A stretch of 64,000 nt of DNA from Candidatus Poribacteria bacterium (GCA_965205025.1 CBDBFU010000002.1:96001-160000); one strand, 5' to 3'; shown: positions 1 to 10,887, counted from the stretch's first letter. Notes: generated by a model from the letters alone, not told the origin. Numbers and translations are program-made.

Positions 1-360
1 TCTAACTTTAGAGCGATAAAAAATATGTCTTGGAAAAATTGTGTTGTGAAAATAGAATTCAGGAAATCCTAAGTGTCATGTCAAAATGTGTGTATCCGAT
101 ATTTCACCTTAAACAAATCCAAATTTCGTTTTCTACTCAATTTGCGTAAGTCCTGAGGAATATAATTCCTATTTTCAGAGTATTCAGAGTAAATCAGAAA
201 AATTTAAAATGTAGAAAACCACCAGGAAACCATACTATAACTAACTTTATAGATATTATTAAACTTCACCTATGAGCATTTACTCTGAAAATTTACTGTT
301 ACTTGAAAACAACTAAAATCTGAAATCTGAAAACAAAATTATTTGATGGAGGAACGACAG

Positions 361-768
361 ATGGCAAACCAAAAACATGATATGGTTGTATATCCTATCC
401 AAGACGATGTACGATTAGAAGTATATTGGCGGGACGATGCAGGTGGTCGAGGTCCTGCAGCATCACTCTATGTCTATGATGATGAGATCATGCGATTTGA
501 TTGTTTTGGCGGAGATAATGGACATTGTCATTTTAATTTGCGGCAAACACGCGGCAGGAGATGGATGTATCCACAAGGATCTTTCCAAGATCACATTAAA
601 CAGAGTTTATTTGATCTACGAACCAATCTTCCTTTTTGCCTACAAACACATCAGGATCAACGTATACAGGAAACTCAGATAAACCGAGAAAGTCTGGATA
701 GGGCAGCGGAGAAAATGGAAACACAGTTGTTGGATTTTGCAGTCAAACTACAAGGCAATCCTGCATGA
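361..768 (+). CDS. hypothetical protein
   Basis: The ORF track gives 343..768. The ATG at 361 has a GGAGG SD upstream. The stop overlaps the nnr start (ATGA), suggesting translational coupling. Contains RFDCFG..GHCH; no family recognised. Confidence 0.7.
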   Translation: MANQKHDMVVYPIQDDVRLEVYWRDDAGGRGPAASLYVYDDEIMRFDCFGGDNGHCHFNLRQTRGRRWMYPQGSFQDHIKQSLFDLRTNLPFCLQTHQDQRIQETQINRESLDRAAEKMETQLLDFAVKLQGNPA

Positions 769-2363
769 AAGTTGTAACAGCAGCTGAAATGCGAAATATC
801 GACCAGAATACCATTGAAAACATTGGTATTCCCGGCATAGTCCTGATGGAAACTGCGGGGAGTGAGATCGTCCAAAGTATTGTAAATTATTATCCGAATG
901 CACATCAGATAGGTATCTTTGTAGGCAAAGGGAACAATGGTGGGGATGGGTTAGTAATTGCTCGCCAACTTGCCCACTCTGGACGGGATGTATCTATTTT
1001 TCTCGTCTCCCCACAGGACAGTTTCACAGAAGAAGCTCAAATCAATCTGGAAATATCCAAGAATCTGGGATTGCATATTGACGAAATCCTTACTGATACT
1101 GCGTTCTCCGATGCACTTGGCTATAATTTTTCAACAAAAAGATTTCTACACAACAATATAACAAGTTGTGATTTAATTGTAGATGCCATTCTCGGCACTG
1201 GGTTACGAGGTGATGTACGTCCTCATATCTCTAATGTAATCAATGCGATAAATAACCTCTCTATCCCTATCCTTGCTGTGGATCTACCATCCGGACTGGA
1301 TGCTGATACTGGAAATCCTTTGGGAACATGTATTCAGGCAGATAGAACAGTAACAATCGGATTACCTAAACGGGGATTATTAGTCCACCCCGGTGCGGAA
1401 CTTTCAGGAAAATTGGATGTTGTAGATATAGGTTTTCCACATCAAGTTATTGAAGCACAGGACATCAAGGTAACTTGGGTAACTGAGAAGCAAGCGATCA
1501 AATGGCTACCACAACGTCCACCTGCTTCTTATAAAGGTAGTTATGGTCGTGTTCTTGTTGTAGCAGGTTCAACAGGTATGACTGGGGCAGCTGCATTAAC
1601 AAGTGAAGCAGCTTTGCGTACTGGGGCAGGTTTAGTGACACTTGCAATTCCTGAAAGTCTTAATCCAATTCTGGAGGAAAAATTATCTGAGGTAATGACT
1701 TTACCCTTGCCTGAAACAGAGGAAGGCAGTTTTACGGTATCTTCAGTATCACCTATCCTTGAATATGCAGAAAAGAACAAATCTGTTCTTGCCATAGGAC
1801 CTGGTGTATCACAACATCCTGAAACGGTAGCATTCATACATCAACTGATACAAGAAAACCGTCGCCAGGAACTCGACCTTCGTATAGTTATTGATGCGGA
1901 TGGGTTAAATGCTTTAGCACAGAAAAAGGAGTTTTTACAATTACTAAATGAAAAGGCAGTACTAACGCCACACCCAGGAGAAATGTCTCGGTTGATAGAC
2001 ATTCCTGTTTCAAAATTAGAGGCAGATAGGATTCGTACATCAGAAGAATTTGCAAAGGAATATGGTGTAACACTTGTACTAAAAGGTGCACCCACCATAA
2101 CTTCAGATTCAAATAGTAACACATGGATAAACTCGACAGGTAATGCTGGCATGGCAACAGCAGGAATGGGAGATGTATTGACAGGTGTAATTGCTGGTTT
2201 GATTGCACAAAATATACACAGCGAAATGGCAGCACCACTTGGAGTTTATTTACACGGTTTAGCAGGGGATATTGTCGCAGAGCAGAAAGGCATGCACGGA
2301 CTCATTGCAAGTGATGTGCTTAATGCATTACCACAAACAATCTCATCATTGGTATCAAACTAA
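765..2363 (+). CDS. nnr: bifunctional NAD(P)H-hydrate epimerase/dehydratase (YjeF/Nnr)
   Basis: YjeF_N motifs GKGNNGGDG, DAILGTG and DLPSG. Carbohydrate-kinase-like motifs KGSYGRVLVVAGS, IDADGLN, LTPHPGE and GMGDVLTG. Confidence 0.97.
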   Translation: MKVVTAAEMRNIDQNTIENIGIPGIVLMETAGSEIVQSIVNYYPNAHQIGIFVGKGNNGGDGLVIARQLAHSGRDVSIFLVSPQDSFTEEAQINLEISKNLGLHIDEILTDTAFSDALGYNFSTKRFLHNNITSCDLIVDAILGTGLRGDVRPHISNVINAINNLSIPILAVDLPSGLDADTGNPLGTCIQADRTVTIGLPKRGLLVHPGAELSGKLDVVDIGFPHQVIEAQDIKVTWVTEKQAIKWLPQRPPASYKGSYGRVLVVAGSTGMTGAAALTSEAALRTGAGLVTLAIPESLNPILEEKLSEVMTLPLPETEEGSFTVSSVSPILEYAEKNKSVLAIGPGVSQHPETVAFIHQLIQENRRQELDLRIVIDADGLNALAQKKEFLQLLNEKAVLTPHPGEMSRLIDIPVSKLEADRIRTSEEFAKEYGVTLVLKGAPTITSDSNSNTWINSTGNAGMATAGMGDVLTGVIAGLIAQNIHSEMAAPLGVYLHGLAGDIVAEQKGMHGLIASDVLNALPQTISSLVSN

Positions 2364-2590
2364 CACCATTTCTAATAATAAAAGTCTCTTTAATGTGGCA
2401 TAAACTTCATGAAGATTAAAATAATAATTCGGTAATGTGTTAGAAATTCGGTTCGGTTAGGAAACCGAACCTACCAAGTTTGGGAAAATGGGAATTGCCG
2501 AATTTAAAACTTAATCTTCATCCAGTTTGTGCGGTATTTCAAGACATGCTTTACAATTGTTCATGGGATAAACATCTATAGAAATGGTAT
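2363..2590. mobile_element. MITE-like element (ATACCATTTCT terminal inverted repeats) with nested insertion at 2409-2521
   Basis: Its reverse complement matches 46227-46340 once the 113 bp insert bounded by ATGAAGATTAA/TTAATCTTCAT is removed. Confidence 0.75.
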
Positions 2591-2595
2591 AATAT

Positions 2596-2717
2596 AACGT
2601 GAGTTTGATAAGACACATTGTAACCGAACTTTTAGTTAACACCAGAGTGCACAAACTGGAAAGTTTGTGCTACAAAGACTATCTTCAGGACAAAATTCTG
2701 TTTATCGAACTAACATT
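2596..2717. mobile_element. MITE-like element (AACGTGAGTTYGATAA inverted ends) carrying a GTAG-type hairpin
   Basis: Imperfect inverted ends AACGTGAGTTTGATAA ... TTATCGAACTAACATT around GCACAAACTGGAAAGTTTGTGCTAC. The same left end occurs at 19398. Confidence 0.55.
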
Positions 2718-2755
2718 TTTTATTATCAAACTGACGTTAATATAATAAAGAGGAA

Positions 2756-3166
2756 ATGAAAACATACAAAATCTACCCAGTAGCAGCAGCAGATGCATCG
2801 ACAGCTTTTCAGATCGAATTAGACCCACGCGCAATTGCTGCAGCTGAAGAACTTGAGAATAGTAATGTGCAAGGTGCTGAAAGAGAAGGAATCTTACAAA
2901 AGCATTTCGACCAAGACTATGAAAAAGGTTACCGTGGTACGGCGTGGGGCTTGCACGGTATTTCCGTTGGAATGACACCTGCTCGTTTGGCTGAATTATT
3001 GGCTGAACATGGTGAATCTTTTGATCCTTGTGCCGAACGTGAGACATTTGATCATAGTCTGATGGTGAATGTTGAAGAGGAGTTAGCATCTCAGTTAGAA
3101 TATATTCCAAAAACTGTTTTGAATCAAATTGTTGAAACATATAAGAATGCCCTGTTAGGTGTGTAA
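2756..3166 (+). CDS. hypothetical protein
   Basis: 136 aa ORF with AGAGG SD, lying 15 bp upstream of the first permease. Confidence 0.75.
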   Translation: MKTYKIYPVAAADASTAFQIELDPRAIAAAEELENSNVQGAEREGILQKHFDQDYEKGYRGTAWGLHGISVGMTPARLAELLAEHGESFDPCAERETFDHSLMVNVEEELASQLEYIPKTVLNQIVETYKNALLGV

Positions 3167-3181
3167 GATGGAGATGACTAA

Positions 3182-4600
3182 ATGCTACTAACCTTAATAC
3201 GAAAAGAGATGATGCATCATCTCCTGAGTGTACGATTTATCGTACTGCTTCTGATGTGCTTGTTCTTGGTACCACTCACCCTTTCAATAAATTATCAACA
3301 ATACCGTCAAAACCTTGTTGACTACCAAGAAGCAGTGAAACTTGCGAAAATTGAAGAAACCACAGTTAATCCAAGCATGGAACTCAAACCAAAGATGGAA
3401 ATATCTAAACTTTTCCTGAAACCAACACCACTGAGTACATTTGCTAACGGATTAGCGGATGCTCTGCCGAGTTATCTTGGAATGACACGAAATGGTGTAA
3501 CTCATGGACCTCCTGCACTGGTTTCTGCTTCTCTCTCTTATCTATTGGGACATCTTGACTTCCTTTTCCTTGTCGGAACAGTTTTCAGTCTACTTGCGTT
3601 GTTGTTCACTTTCGATGCCGTTGCAGGAGAAAAGGAAGCAGGAACACTACGAATTACATTATCAAATGCACTACCCCGAGATCTATTTTTATGGAGTAAA
3701 TTGATCGGAGGTTATATTGTCTTTGTTGTCCCATTCTTAGTGTCGTTTTTATTTAGTTTACTGTTATTAGTTACACAAGGATTCCCATTTAGTGAACCAG
3801 AGGTATTATCACGTATCTTCAGTCTGTTACTTGTTTCATTACTTTATATAGGTGTCTTTTTTGCAATAGGAACACTTATTTCCACCTACTTAGACAATAC
3901 CAAAACCGCACTCATAATCGCCTTTACTGTTTGGGTATTTACAGTCCTAATTACGCCACGGGTTGGATTTATTGCGGCTAAATTTATTGTTCCAACACAG
4001 ACTTCTCAGAGTGTCTATCTTGAAAAAACCACAGTCCGTGAAAATTATATAGAGGAATTAGAAGAAAAGAAAAAGGATGCCTATAATGCCTTCTGGCGTG
4101 ACAGACCTCAACCGACTACATCTGAAGAACGGTTTTCAATCTATGGTGAATTTGATAAACATATAAAACCGCTTGAGGAGGAATTACGCCAGAAGTACAA
4201 CGACAGTGCAAATGAGATCAATAAGCGATATAAACGTGATCAGTCAAGGCAAGAAGCCGTAGCTGAAACACTCTCCAGAATCACACCAACGTCTTCTCTT
4301 ATCTATGTCGTTACAAACATAACACGGACAGGAAAAGTAAAGAGAACGAACTACTTTCAAGCAGGAGAACGGTATTACGAGGCACTTGATGTAGATCTGT
4401 TCAGTAACCTCAGAGATTACATACCGGTAAGAGTGTTTATACCAACAGATTCTGTCCAAATTACACAACCACCTCCTATAAAAACACTTTCATTGAGTGA
4501 GACAATTCGCTTTTCCTTGATGGATTTACTTTTGTTATGCTTTTTTGCAATCTTACTAACGACAATAGCGTTCTTAAAGTTCTTTCGCTCAGATATCTGA
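3182..4600 (+). CDS. ABC-2 type transporter permease, subfamily A
   Basis: MLLTLIRKE start, FDAVAGEKEAGTLRITLSN motif, several TM helices, C-terminal FFRSDI. Confidence 0.92.
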   Translation: MLLTLIRKEMMHHLLSVRFIVLLLMCLFLVPLTLSINYQQYRQNLVDYQEAVKLAKIEETTVNPSMELKPKMEISKLFLKPTPLSTFANGLADALPSYLGMTRNGVTHGPPALVSASLSYLLGHLDFLFLVGTVFSLLALLFTFDAVAGEKEAGTLRITLSNALPRDLFLWSKLIGGYIVFVVPFLVSFLFSLLLLVTQGFPFSEPEVLSRIFSLLLVSLLYIGVFFAIGTLISTYLDNTKTALIIAFTVWVFTVLITPRVGFIAAKFIVPTQTSQSVYLEKTTVRENYIEELEEKKKDAYNAFWRDRPQPTTSEERFSIYGEFDKHIKPLEEELRQKYNDSANEINKRYKRDQSRQEAVAETLSRITPTSSLIYVVTNITRTGKVKRTNYFQAGERYYEALDVDLFSNLRDYIPVRVFIPTDSVQITQPPPIKTLSLSETIRFSLMDLLLLCFFAILLTTIAFLKFFRSDI

Positions 4601-4604
4601 GAGG

Positions 4605-4862
4605 CAGGAATTGTGCCAAATCGCACCTCCATCTTATCACATCAGATTTGGGTTTTCTATCAATTGATACGCAGGTTGTACTTCATGGAAATCCCAATTT
4701 CTCTGGTGTATGCTTACCTATCCGCATGGAACCGGATGTATCTAAGATTGATCTGCCAGACCTCAAGAAACTTTCTATTTCTTCAATTAAGTTTGGTGGA
4801 GATTTCATAGAAGAGTAACTCACCCTCTTTTCCTTTTTCTGCTCAATATGCGTAAGTCCTGA
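4605..4862. repeat. degenerate CAGGACTTACGCA-family element
   Basis: Exact right end TGCGTAAGTCCTG at about 4848-4861. Degenerate left end CAGGAATTGTGC at 4605. Confidence 0.4.
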
Positions 4863-4947
4863 CAAATAATCCGCTAAAGTGCATCCGAAAATTGTATAAG
4901 TATAGCCTACGCGGAAATCATCTTGAAGAAACTGGCAAGAATAAACC

Positions 4948-6450
4948 ATGCTCCTAACACTTATCCGTAGAGAGATTCTTGACAATCTAATGACATTTCG
5001 ATTTGCGGCAGCAAGCTTTATTATGCTACTCCTTGTTGTTGCAACGACCGGTGTACTTATTAGAGACTACGAACGTAGGTTAGAAAGTTTTGACACTGCT
5101 GTCAAAAAACATCGCCAAGAAATGATGGATACAACTACCTATTCAGCAGTAGACTTAACGATTGATCGTCCTCCAAATCCTTTGAGCATTTTTAATGTTG
5201 GTTTAGACAAACGATTAGGAAACACACTCGGTATTAGTCACTTTTTCGTACCATCACTTTGGGATGCAGGAAAGCATGGGGCAGATAACCCTTATCTGAA
5301 TCTATTCGCATCTATAGATCTTGTTTTTATTTTTCAGGGAATTCTCAGTCTTTTAGCACTCATCTTTGCCTACGATACACTTGCTGGTGAGCGTGAACGT
5401 GGCACGTTGCGACTTGTACTTACACACCCTGTTCGACATGGTCAAATCATATTTGCCAAATACATGAGTGGTATGATATGTCTATTAATACCTTTACTGA
5501 TGTGTATTCTCCTTGTGTTAATAATGCTAACCACATCTTCATCTGTTTTTCTGAGTGTAGATGATTTTCTACGCATCGGTGGAGTTGTTTTTACATCCTT
5601 CGTTTATCTGTCTCTGTTTTTCCTTATCGGCATGTTAATCTCAGCCCTAACTCGTCGAACGAGTACTGCACTTATGGTTGCTATGTTTGTATGGGGATTT
5701 TTGGTGCTGGTGTATCCAAATCTTATACTTACGGCAGTTGACACTGATCCACACCCAGATACCGAACCTTCTGCTTACAACCAAATCAAGCAGATTTGGG
5801 AAGAATTTGACAAGGATCGACTACAATACCTCAGAAATGATCCTGTAGAAGGTGAAGATTATGATTTTGACCTGTCAGGTGATGGTTACACTTTTCGGGG
5901 TCCTACGGATAATTCATCAAGATTGCTATATTACTACGTTACTGGATTCCACCATAAAAAACTTAAAGAGGAGTCTGAACCTAATGTACCACACGCTCAA
6001 GACTATCATCGCTTTTTCGGGACGCAGGTCACCCACACTGCAGAGCGTATGTGGCTTGTTCGAGAACCCGCTTTGGAGGCATTATATACACAACCCGCAA
6101 AATTGGAACAGATGCTATTAAAGTTTTCTCCTGTTGGTTTGTATGATGCAGCAACCGAAGCTTGGACAGGAACAGACTTGAATGGGTTACAAGATTTTTT
6201 CACAGCAAGTCAAAGGCATCATCAGTCAGTAATGGATTATTATCATGACAATAAGGTATTTGAGTCTCGACTATGGATCGTTGGTGCAGAAGGTGAAATT
6301 GACTGGAATCAAATGCCGCAGTTTTCCTTTCAAAGAAGTGAAATTGGTGTCAATGCCAAACGTGCAGCTCCAGAATTAAGTCTGTTGGTCATGCTTAACC
6401 TGGTCCTGTTCACTATAATCTTTCTGATTTTCGTTCGTAGTGAGGTATAA
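4948..6450 (+). CDS. ABC-2 type transporter permease, subfamily B
   Basis: RPPNPLSIF and YDTLAGERERGTLRLVLTHPV motifs, C-terminal FVRSEV. Confidence 0.92.
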   Translation: MLLTLIRREILDNLMTFRFAAASFIMLLLVVATTGVLIRDYERRLESFDTAVKKHRQEMMDTTTYSAVDLTIDRPPNPLSIFNVGLDKRLGNTLGISHFFVPSLWDAGKHGADNPYLNLFASIDLVFIFQGILSLLALIFAYDTLAGERERGTLRLVLTHPVRHGQIIFAKYMSGMICLLIPLLMCILLVLIMLTTSSSVFLSVDDFLRIGGVVFTSFVYLSLFFLIGMLISALTRRTSTALMVAMFVWGFLVLVYPNLILTAVDTDPHPDTEPSAYNQIKQIWEEFDKDRLQYLRNDPVEGEDYDFDLSGDGYTFRGPTDNSSRLLYYYVTGFHHKKLKEESEPNVPHAQDYHRFFGTQVTHTAERMWLVREPALEALYTQPAKLEQMLLKFSPVGLYDAATEAWTGTDLNGLQDFFTASQRHHQSVMDYYHDNKVFESRLWIVGAEGEIDWNQMPQFSFQRSEIGVNAKRAAPELSLLVMLNLVLFTIIFLIFVRSEV

Positions 6451-6536
6451 GATGGTTATCAATTATCAGCAGTCAGCATATAGCATGGGATTCATAGAGG
6501 TTAAAAACCAACAACAAGAATAGTGATAACAAGAAT

Positions 6537-7946
6537 ATGATATTACATATAACAAAACGCGAACTCTACGACAATCTAAATAGTCTTCGTTTTGCCCTTG
6601 CAACTATTCTGTTGTTAGCATTGATGATAACCAACGCAATTGGATTCCTCCGTGAACATCCAAAACGGATGCAGCAATATAACGAGTCTGTAAACAAATC
6701 TCTAACGCTAATGAATTCCCATGCAGAAGACAGTTTGTATAAACTGGCACAACAGGGACCTGGAAAACTCTATAAAAAACCATCACCCCTTAGTTTTTGT
6801 GCGGAAGGTGGAGAGCACCTGCTGCCTAACATTATTGAAGGGAGTAGTCCTTTTGTATACTCATCAAACTTGACAGGTGTTTGGAAACTGAAATACCCAA
6901 ATGCTAACGTAAACCTGAAGGATGTCGGACCAGATGTTCCGAAAGTGGATTGGACATTCATTATCGCGTTTGTCATGAGTTTAATTGCACTCTTATTTAC
7001 TTTTGATAGTATCTCTGGTGAACGTGAATACGGTACACTTAGGTTAATGTTGGCAAACTCAGTGCCTCGTCACACCATATTGATCGGGAAGTTCTTAGGA
7101 TCGTTGATAAGTGTCAGTATCCCTTTCACGCTTGCGGTATTAACGAACCTTTTGATGGTTTCAACTGCCCGTAATGTTCACCTGAACATAGAAGCATGGG
7201 AACGATTAGGTATGATCTTCTTTATTGGTCTCCTATACACGTGTTTCTTTCTTGCGTTAGGATTGTTAGTATCTGCGCGTGTTCAACGGAGTTCTGTGAG
7301 TCTGGTGATACTCCTATTGATTTGGGTAACTTTTGTTATTTTTATGCCGAGTACACTTGCATCAATTGCAGGAGAATTCGCACCGGCACTACCCACTGAA
7401 GCAAAATGGATACGACATAACGAAATGCAAGACGAACTCTGGGACAAATACGGTTATATACTCTGGTCAGATGAAGTCGACAGAAAAACGTTAGAAGCGA
7501 AAAGTGGGTTCTTTAAAGAAGATTCCGAAGCCGATGAACAACTAAACCAAGAATACCTAACGAGTAAGTTGGCACAGGTACAACATGCCCGTTCCATTAC
7601 TCGTACCTCCCCTGCTACTCTCCTTCAACATCTTCTTGAATCCTTTGCTGGAACAGGATTTGAACGGCATCTACAATTTGTTGATAATGTGGAAGATTAC
7701 GCACGACAATATCGTGAATTTGTAATTGATATTGATAAATCTGACTCTGAAAGTCTCCATCTTATCGGTGTCCGTGAAGGCATGACGAAGAAAAAGATCT
7801 TGCCATCGGCAGTTCCCAAATTTGATGATACACTGAATCTCAGCAAGGATTTTGACAGTTCGGTGATGGATATACTATTGTTAAGCATGTTTGTTGTAGT
7901 ACTACTGTCTGGTGCTTATCTCGCTTTTGTACGCGTTGAGGTATAA
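6537..7946 (+). CDS. ABC-2 type transporter permease, subfamily C
   Basis: FDSISGEREYGTLRLMLANS and ESFAGTGFERH motifs, C-terminal FVRVEV. Confidence 0.92.
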   Translation: MILHITKRELYDNLNSLRFALATILLLALMITNAIGFLREHPKRMQQYNESVNKSLTLMNSHAEDSLYKLAQQGPGKLYKKPSPLSFCAEGGEHLLPNIIEGSSPFVYSSNLTGVWKLKYPNANVNLKDVGPDVPKVDWTFIIAFVMSLIALLFTFDSISGEREYGTLRLMLANSVPRHTILIGKFLGSLISVSIPFTLAVLTNLLMVSTARNVHLNIEAWERLGMIFFIGLLYTCFFLALGLLVSARVQRSSVSLVILLLIWVTFVIFMPSTLASIAGEFAPALPTEAKWIRHNEMQDELWDKYGYILWSDEVDRKTLEAKSGFFKEDSEADEQLNQEYLTSKLAQVQHARSITRTSPATLLQHLLESFAGTGFERHLQFVDNVEDYARQYREFVIDIDKSDSESLHLIGVREGMTKKKILPSAVPKFDDTLNLSKDFDSSVMDILLLSMFVVVLLSGAYLAFVRVEV

Positions 7947-7952
7947 AATAAC

Positions 7953-9458
7953 ATGTTAGCTTCACTTATCAGCAGAGAACTACTTAACAATCTCATGACA
8001 TTCCGATTCGCTGCGGCAATCTTCATCATACTATTACTTGTAGTTGCTAATACAATTGTACTCATCAATGATTATGAGGGACGATTAGATAGCCATAACG
8101 ATTCGGTCAATATGCATAAGCGACAACTACAAGAAATTAAGACATATTCAGCAGGTAATGTACGTATTGATCGTCCTCCAAATCCTTTGAGCATTTTTAA
8201 CGTAGGATTTGATAAACAACTTGGCAATGAGGTACGAATCGCACCTGTATTTGTTCCGTCATTGTGGGATGCTCAGAATCACGGATCTTCTAACCCATTA
8301 ATGGATATGTTTGCTTCAATGGATATTGCATTCATCTTTGAAGTTATACTAAGTCTTCTTGCACTAATTTTTGCTTATGATGCATTTGCAGGAGAATACG
8401 AAACCGGTACATTACGCTTAGTCTTAACGCATCCAGTAAGACGGGGGATTATATTAGTTGCAAAATATATCAGTGCCATGATCTGTCTAATTGTTCCTTT
8501 AATATTGAGTCTACTCCTATCGCTTATTTTACTGACGGTATCCAACCATATCAACTTAAATAGCCAAGATTTTCTTCGTGTTGGCGGAATTATACTAACA
8601 TCTATAATCTATCTTTCCATATTTTACTTAATAGGATTATTGATTTCTGCGGTAACTCGAAGGACAAGTACTGCACTCATGTTGTCAATTTTTGTTTGGG
8701 GTTTCTTAGTGTTAGTTTATCCAAATATGATTCTTGCTATGATCGGTCCTAATCAACCATCGCAGGAACGTCAGACATCTGCTTACAACACTATTGAACA
8801 AATGTGGCTGGAATTCGACAAAGAACGTAAGCAATACTTAGCAACTGACGATTTTCCGGGAGAAGATTGGGGATATGAACTAAGAGGGTGGGGATCCCGT
8901 TCTGCTTATTTAACCGGTTCTCCTCACAACCTGTTTTATAAATACCGTTGCGTCATGAATTTTAGCGGATTTGGCGAGGAAGATGAACCTAAGATCCCAC
9001 ATGCACGGAAGCATTTCCGGTACCTCGTTCCAAAAATTATTGATACTGCAGATAAAACTTGGATAATTCGAAAACCTGCTCTTGAAGATATTTACATTCA
9101 TCCAGCAAAAATGGAAAGAATCTGGTTCAAATTATCTCCTGTTGGTTTGTATGATGCGGCAACAGAAGCTTGGGCAGGTACTGATGTAAATGGCATTAGA
9201 GATTTTTTCAATACTGCCAGACAATATCGAAAACAAGTAATTGATTTTTTCTACGATAAAGATGTGTTTGGATCTCGAGAATGGTTTTCATCTGATAAAG
9301 AGGCAGCGGATTGGAGCGACCTACCACATTTTAACTATCAAAGAGTCGATAGTCACATAAATGCAATGCGCGCATTACCAGATGTATGCTTACTATTCAT
9401 AATAAATATCTTACTTTTTGTTGTAATATTTATGATTTTCGTCAAAAGTGAGGTATAG
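7953..9458 (+). CDS. ABC-2 type transporter permease, subfamily B
   Basis: Paralogue of 4948..6450 (RPPNPLSIF, GEYETGTLRLVLTHPV). Confidence 0.92.
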   Translation: MLASLISRELLNNLMTFRFAAAIFIILLLVVANTIVLINDYEGRLDSHNDSVNMHKRQLQEIKTYSAGNVRIDRPPNPLSIFNVGFDKQLGNEVRIAPVFVPSLWDAQNHGSSNPLMDMFASMDIAFIFEVILSLLALIFAYDAFAGEYETGTLRLVLTHPVRRGIILVAKYISAMICLIVPLILSLLLSLILLTVSNHINLNSQDFLRVGGIILTSIIYLSIFYLIGLLISAVTRRTSTALMLSIFVWGFLVLVYPNMILAMIGPNQPSQERQTSAYNTIEQMWLEFDKERKQYLATDDFPGEDWGYELRGWGSRSAYLTGSPHNLFYKYRCVMNFSGFGEEDEPKIPHARKHFRYLVPKIIDTADKTWIIRKPALEDIYIHPAKMERIWFKLSPVGLYDAATEAWAGTDVNGIRDFFNTARQYRKQVIDFFYDKDVFGSREWFSSDKEAADWSDLPHFNYQRVDSHINAMRALPDVCLLFIINILLFVVIFMIFVKSEV

Positions 9459-9459
9459 A

Positions 9460-10887
9460 ATGGTTTGGCATATTGCACTTTTCAATATAATTTGGCGTGA
9501 ACTCTACGACAACCTGAATAGTCTCCGATTTGCGCTTGCAACTGTGTTGCTGCTGGGATTGATGTTGACAAATGCGGTTGTCCATCTTCGGGAACATCCA
9601 GATCGGGTGAAGCAGTATCAAAAAAGTGTCACCGAATACCAGAATCAATTAACATCTCATGCTGAGAACAGTTTATATGACCTTGCGCAAGAGGGGCCTG
9701 GTAATCTATACAAAAAACTATCCGATCTCCGTTTTTGTGCTGAGGGTGGAGAAGCGTTTTTGTCAGAATACGCTGATGGAGGATACAACCGATGGAGTAC
9801 CGACACGTTAAAAAGTTTTTGGATCTTAGCGTATCCAGTAGCAACACCTAATCGGCATAATGTCCGTGTAGTTGTCACCAAAGTTGATTGGAACTTTATA
9901 ATTGGCTATGTCTTAAGTCTTATTGCTCTACTATTCACCTTCGATTCGATCTCAGGAGAACGCGAGCGTGGTACGCTTCGTCTGACGTTAGCAAATTCAA
10001 TTCCGCGGCACTTGTTACTAATTGGCAAGTTTTTGGGGGCACTGATAAGTATTAGCATTCCATTCATACTTTCGATATTGATGAACCTATTGATAATTTC
10101 CACCGCAAGTGGTATTCATCTTCGTCCAGAGATATGGGAACGTATAGGAATTATCTTCTTTATATCTATCCTTTATACTTGTCTTTTTCTGGGGTTGGGT
10201 TTACTCGTATCTGCGAAGGTAAAACGTAGTGCAGTAAGTCTTGTGATACTTCTATTAGTTTGGGTTGTATTTGTGGTATTCATGCCGATTACCCTCGCAT
10301 CAATTGCGGGTAAATATTCATCTTCAGGTCCTACGCATGACTTATGGGAAGTTTCATCAAAAATTTATAAAGAGCAGCGTTCCGAATACTACTCTCGGCT
10401 ACATAATGAAATTGAGGGTTCAATCAAGAGAATAGAATTGGATGGTGAGCATGTCATCAAAGACGCTGAACAGCAGGAACGATTACGTACAGAACAGTTA
10501 TCAGAACGGATTGCTGAAGTGAAACAGGCACGTATTATCACGCGCTTTTCACCTGTCACGATTTTTCAACATCTACTTGAGTCTTTCGCTGGAACAGGTT
10601 TTGAACGACATTTACAGTTCTTAGAGAATGTACAATCTCATGCCCGTGAATTTCGGGAGTTTATCATGGACACAGATAGAGCAGATCCAGATAGTCTCCA
10701 TATCTTAGGGGTTCGCGAGGGGATGTCAAAAAAACCTGTTATTCCTGAATCGGTACCACTGTTTGAAGATACAATCAATCTCAGTAATGATTTTAACCGT
10801 TCATTGATGGATATACTATTGTTAACTCTATTTGTTGTGGTGCTACTGTCTGGTGCTTATCTCGCTTTTGTACGCGTTGAGGTGTGA
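9460..10887 (+). CDS. ABC-2 type transporter permease, subfamily C
   Basis: Paralogue of 6537..7946. ATG at 9460 follows GAGG; the ORF track starts at 9448. Confidence 0.9.
   Translation: MVWHIALFNIIWRELYDNLNSLRFALATVLLLGLMLTNAVVHLREHPDRVKQYQKSVTEYQNQLTSHAENSLYDLAQEGPGNLYKKLSDLRFCAEGGEAFLSEYADGGYNRWSTDTLKSFWILAYPVATPNRHNVRVVVTKVDWNFIIGYVLSLIALLFTFDSISGERERGTLRLTLANSIPRHLLLIGKFLGALISISIPFILSILMNLLIISTASGIHLRPEIWERIGIIFFISILYTCLFLGLGLLVSAKVKRSAVSLVILLLVWVVFVVFMPITLASIAGKYSSSGPTHDLWEVSSKIYKEQRSEYYSRLHNEIEGSIKRIELDGEHVIKDAEQQERLRTEQLSERIAEVKQARIITRFSPVTIFQHLLESFAGTGFERHLQFLENVQSHAREFREFIMDTDRADPDSLHILGVREGMSKKPVIPESVPLFEDTINLSNDFNRSLMDILLLTLFVVVLLSGAYLAFVRVEV

Noticed and set aside
4880-4905. 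TGCATC upstream of 4948 as another ECF promoter
   Set aside because: No (T/C)GT at 16-17 bp spacing.
4537-4985. Short ORFs between permeases, possibly a transposase remnant
   Set aside because: No recognisable DDE or HUH motif. They lie within a degenerate repeat element.
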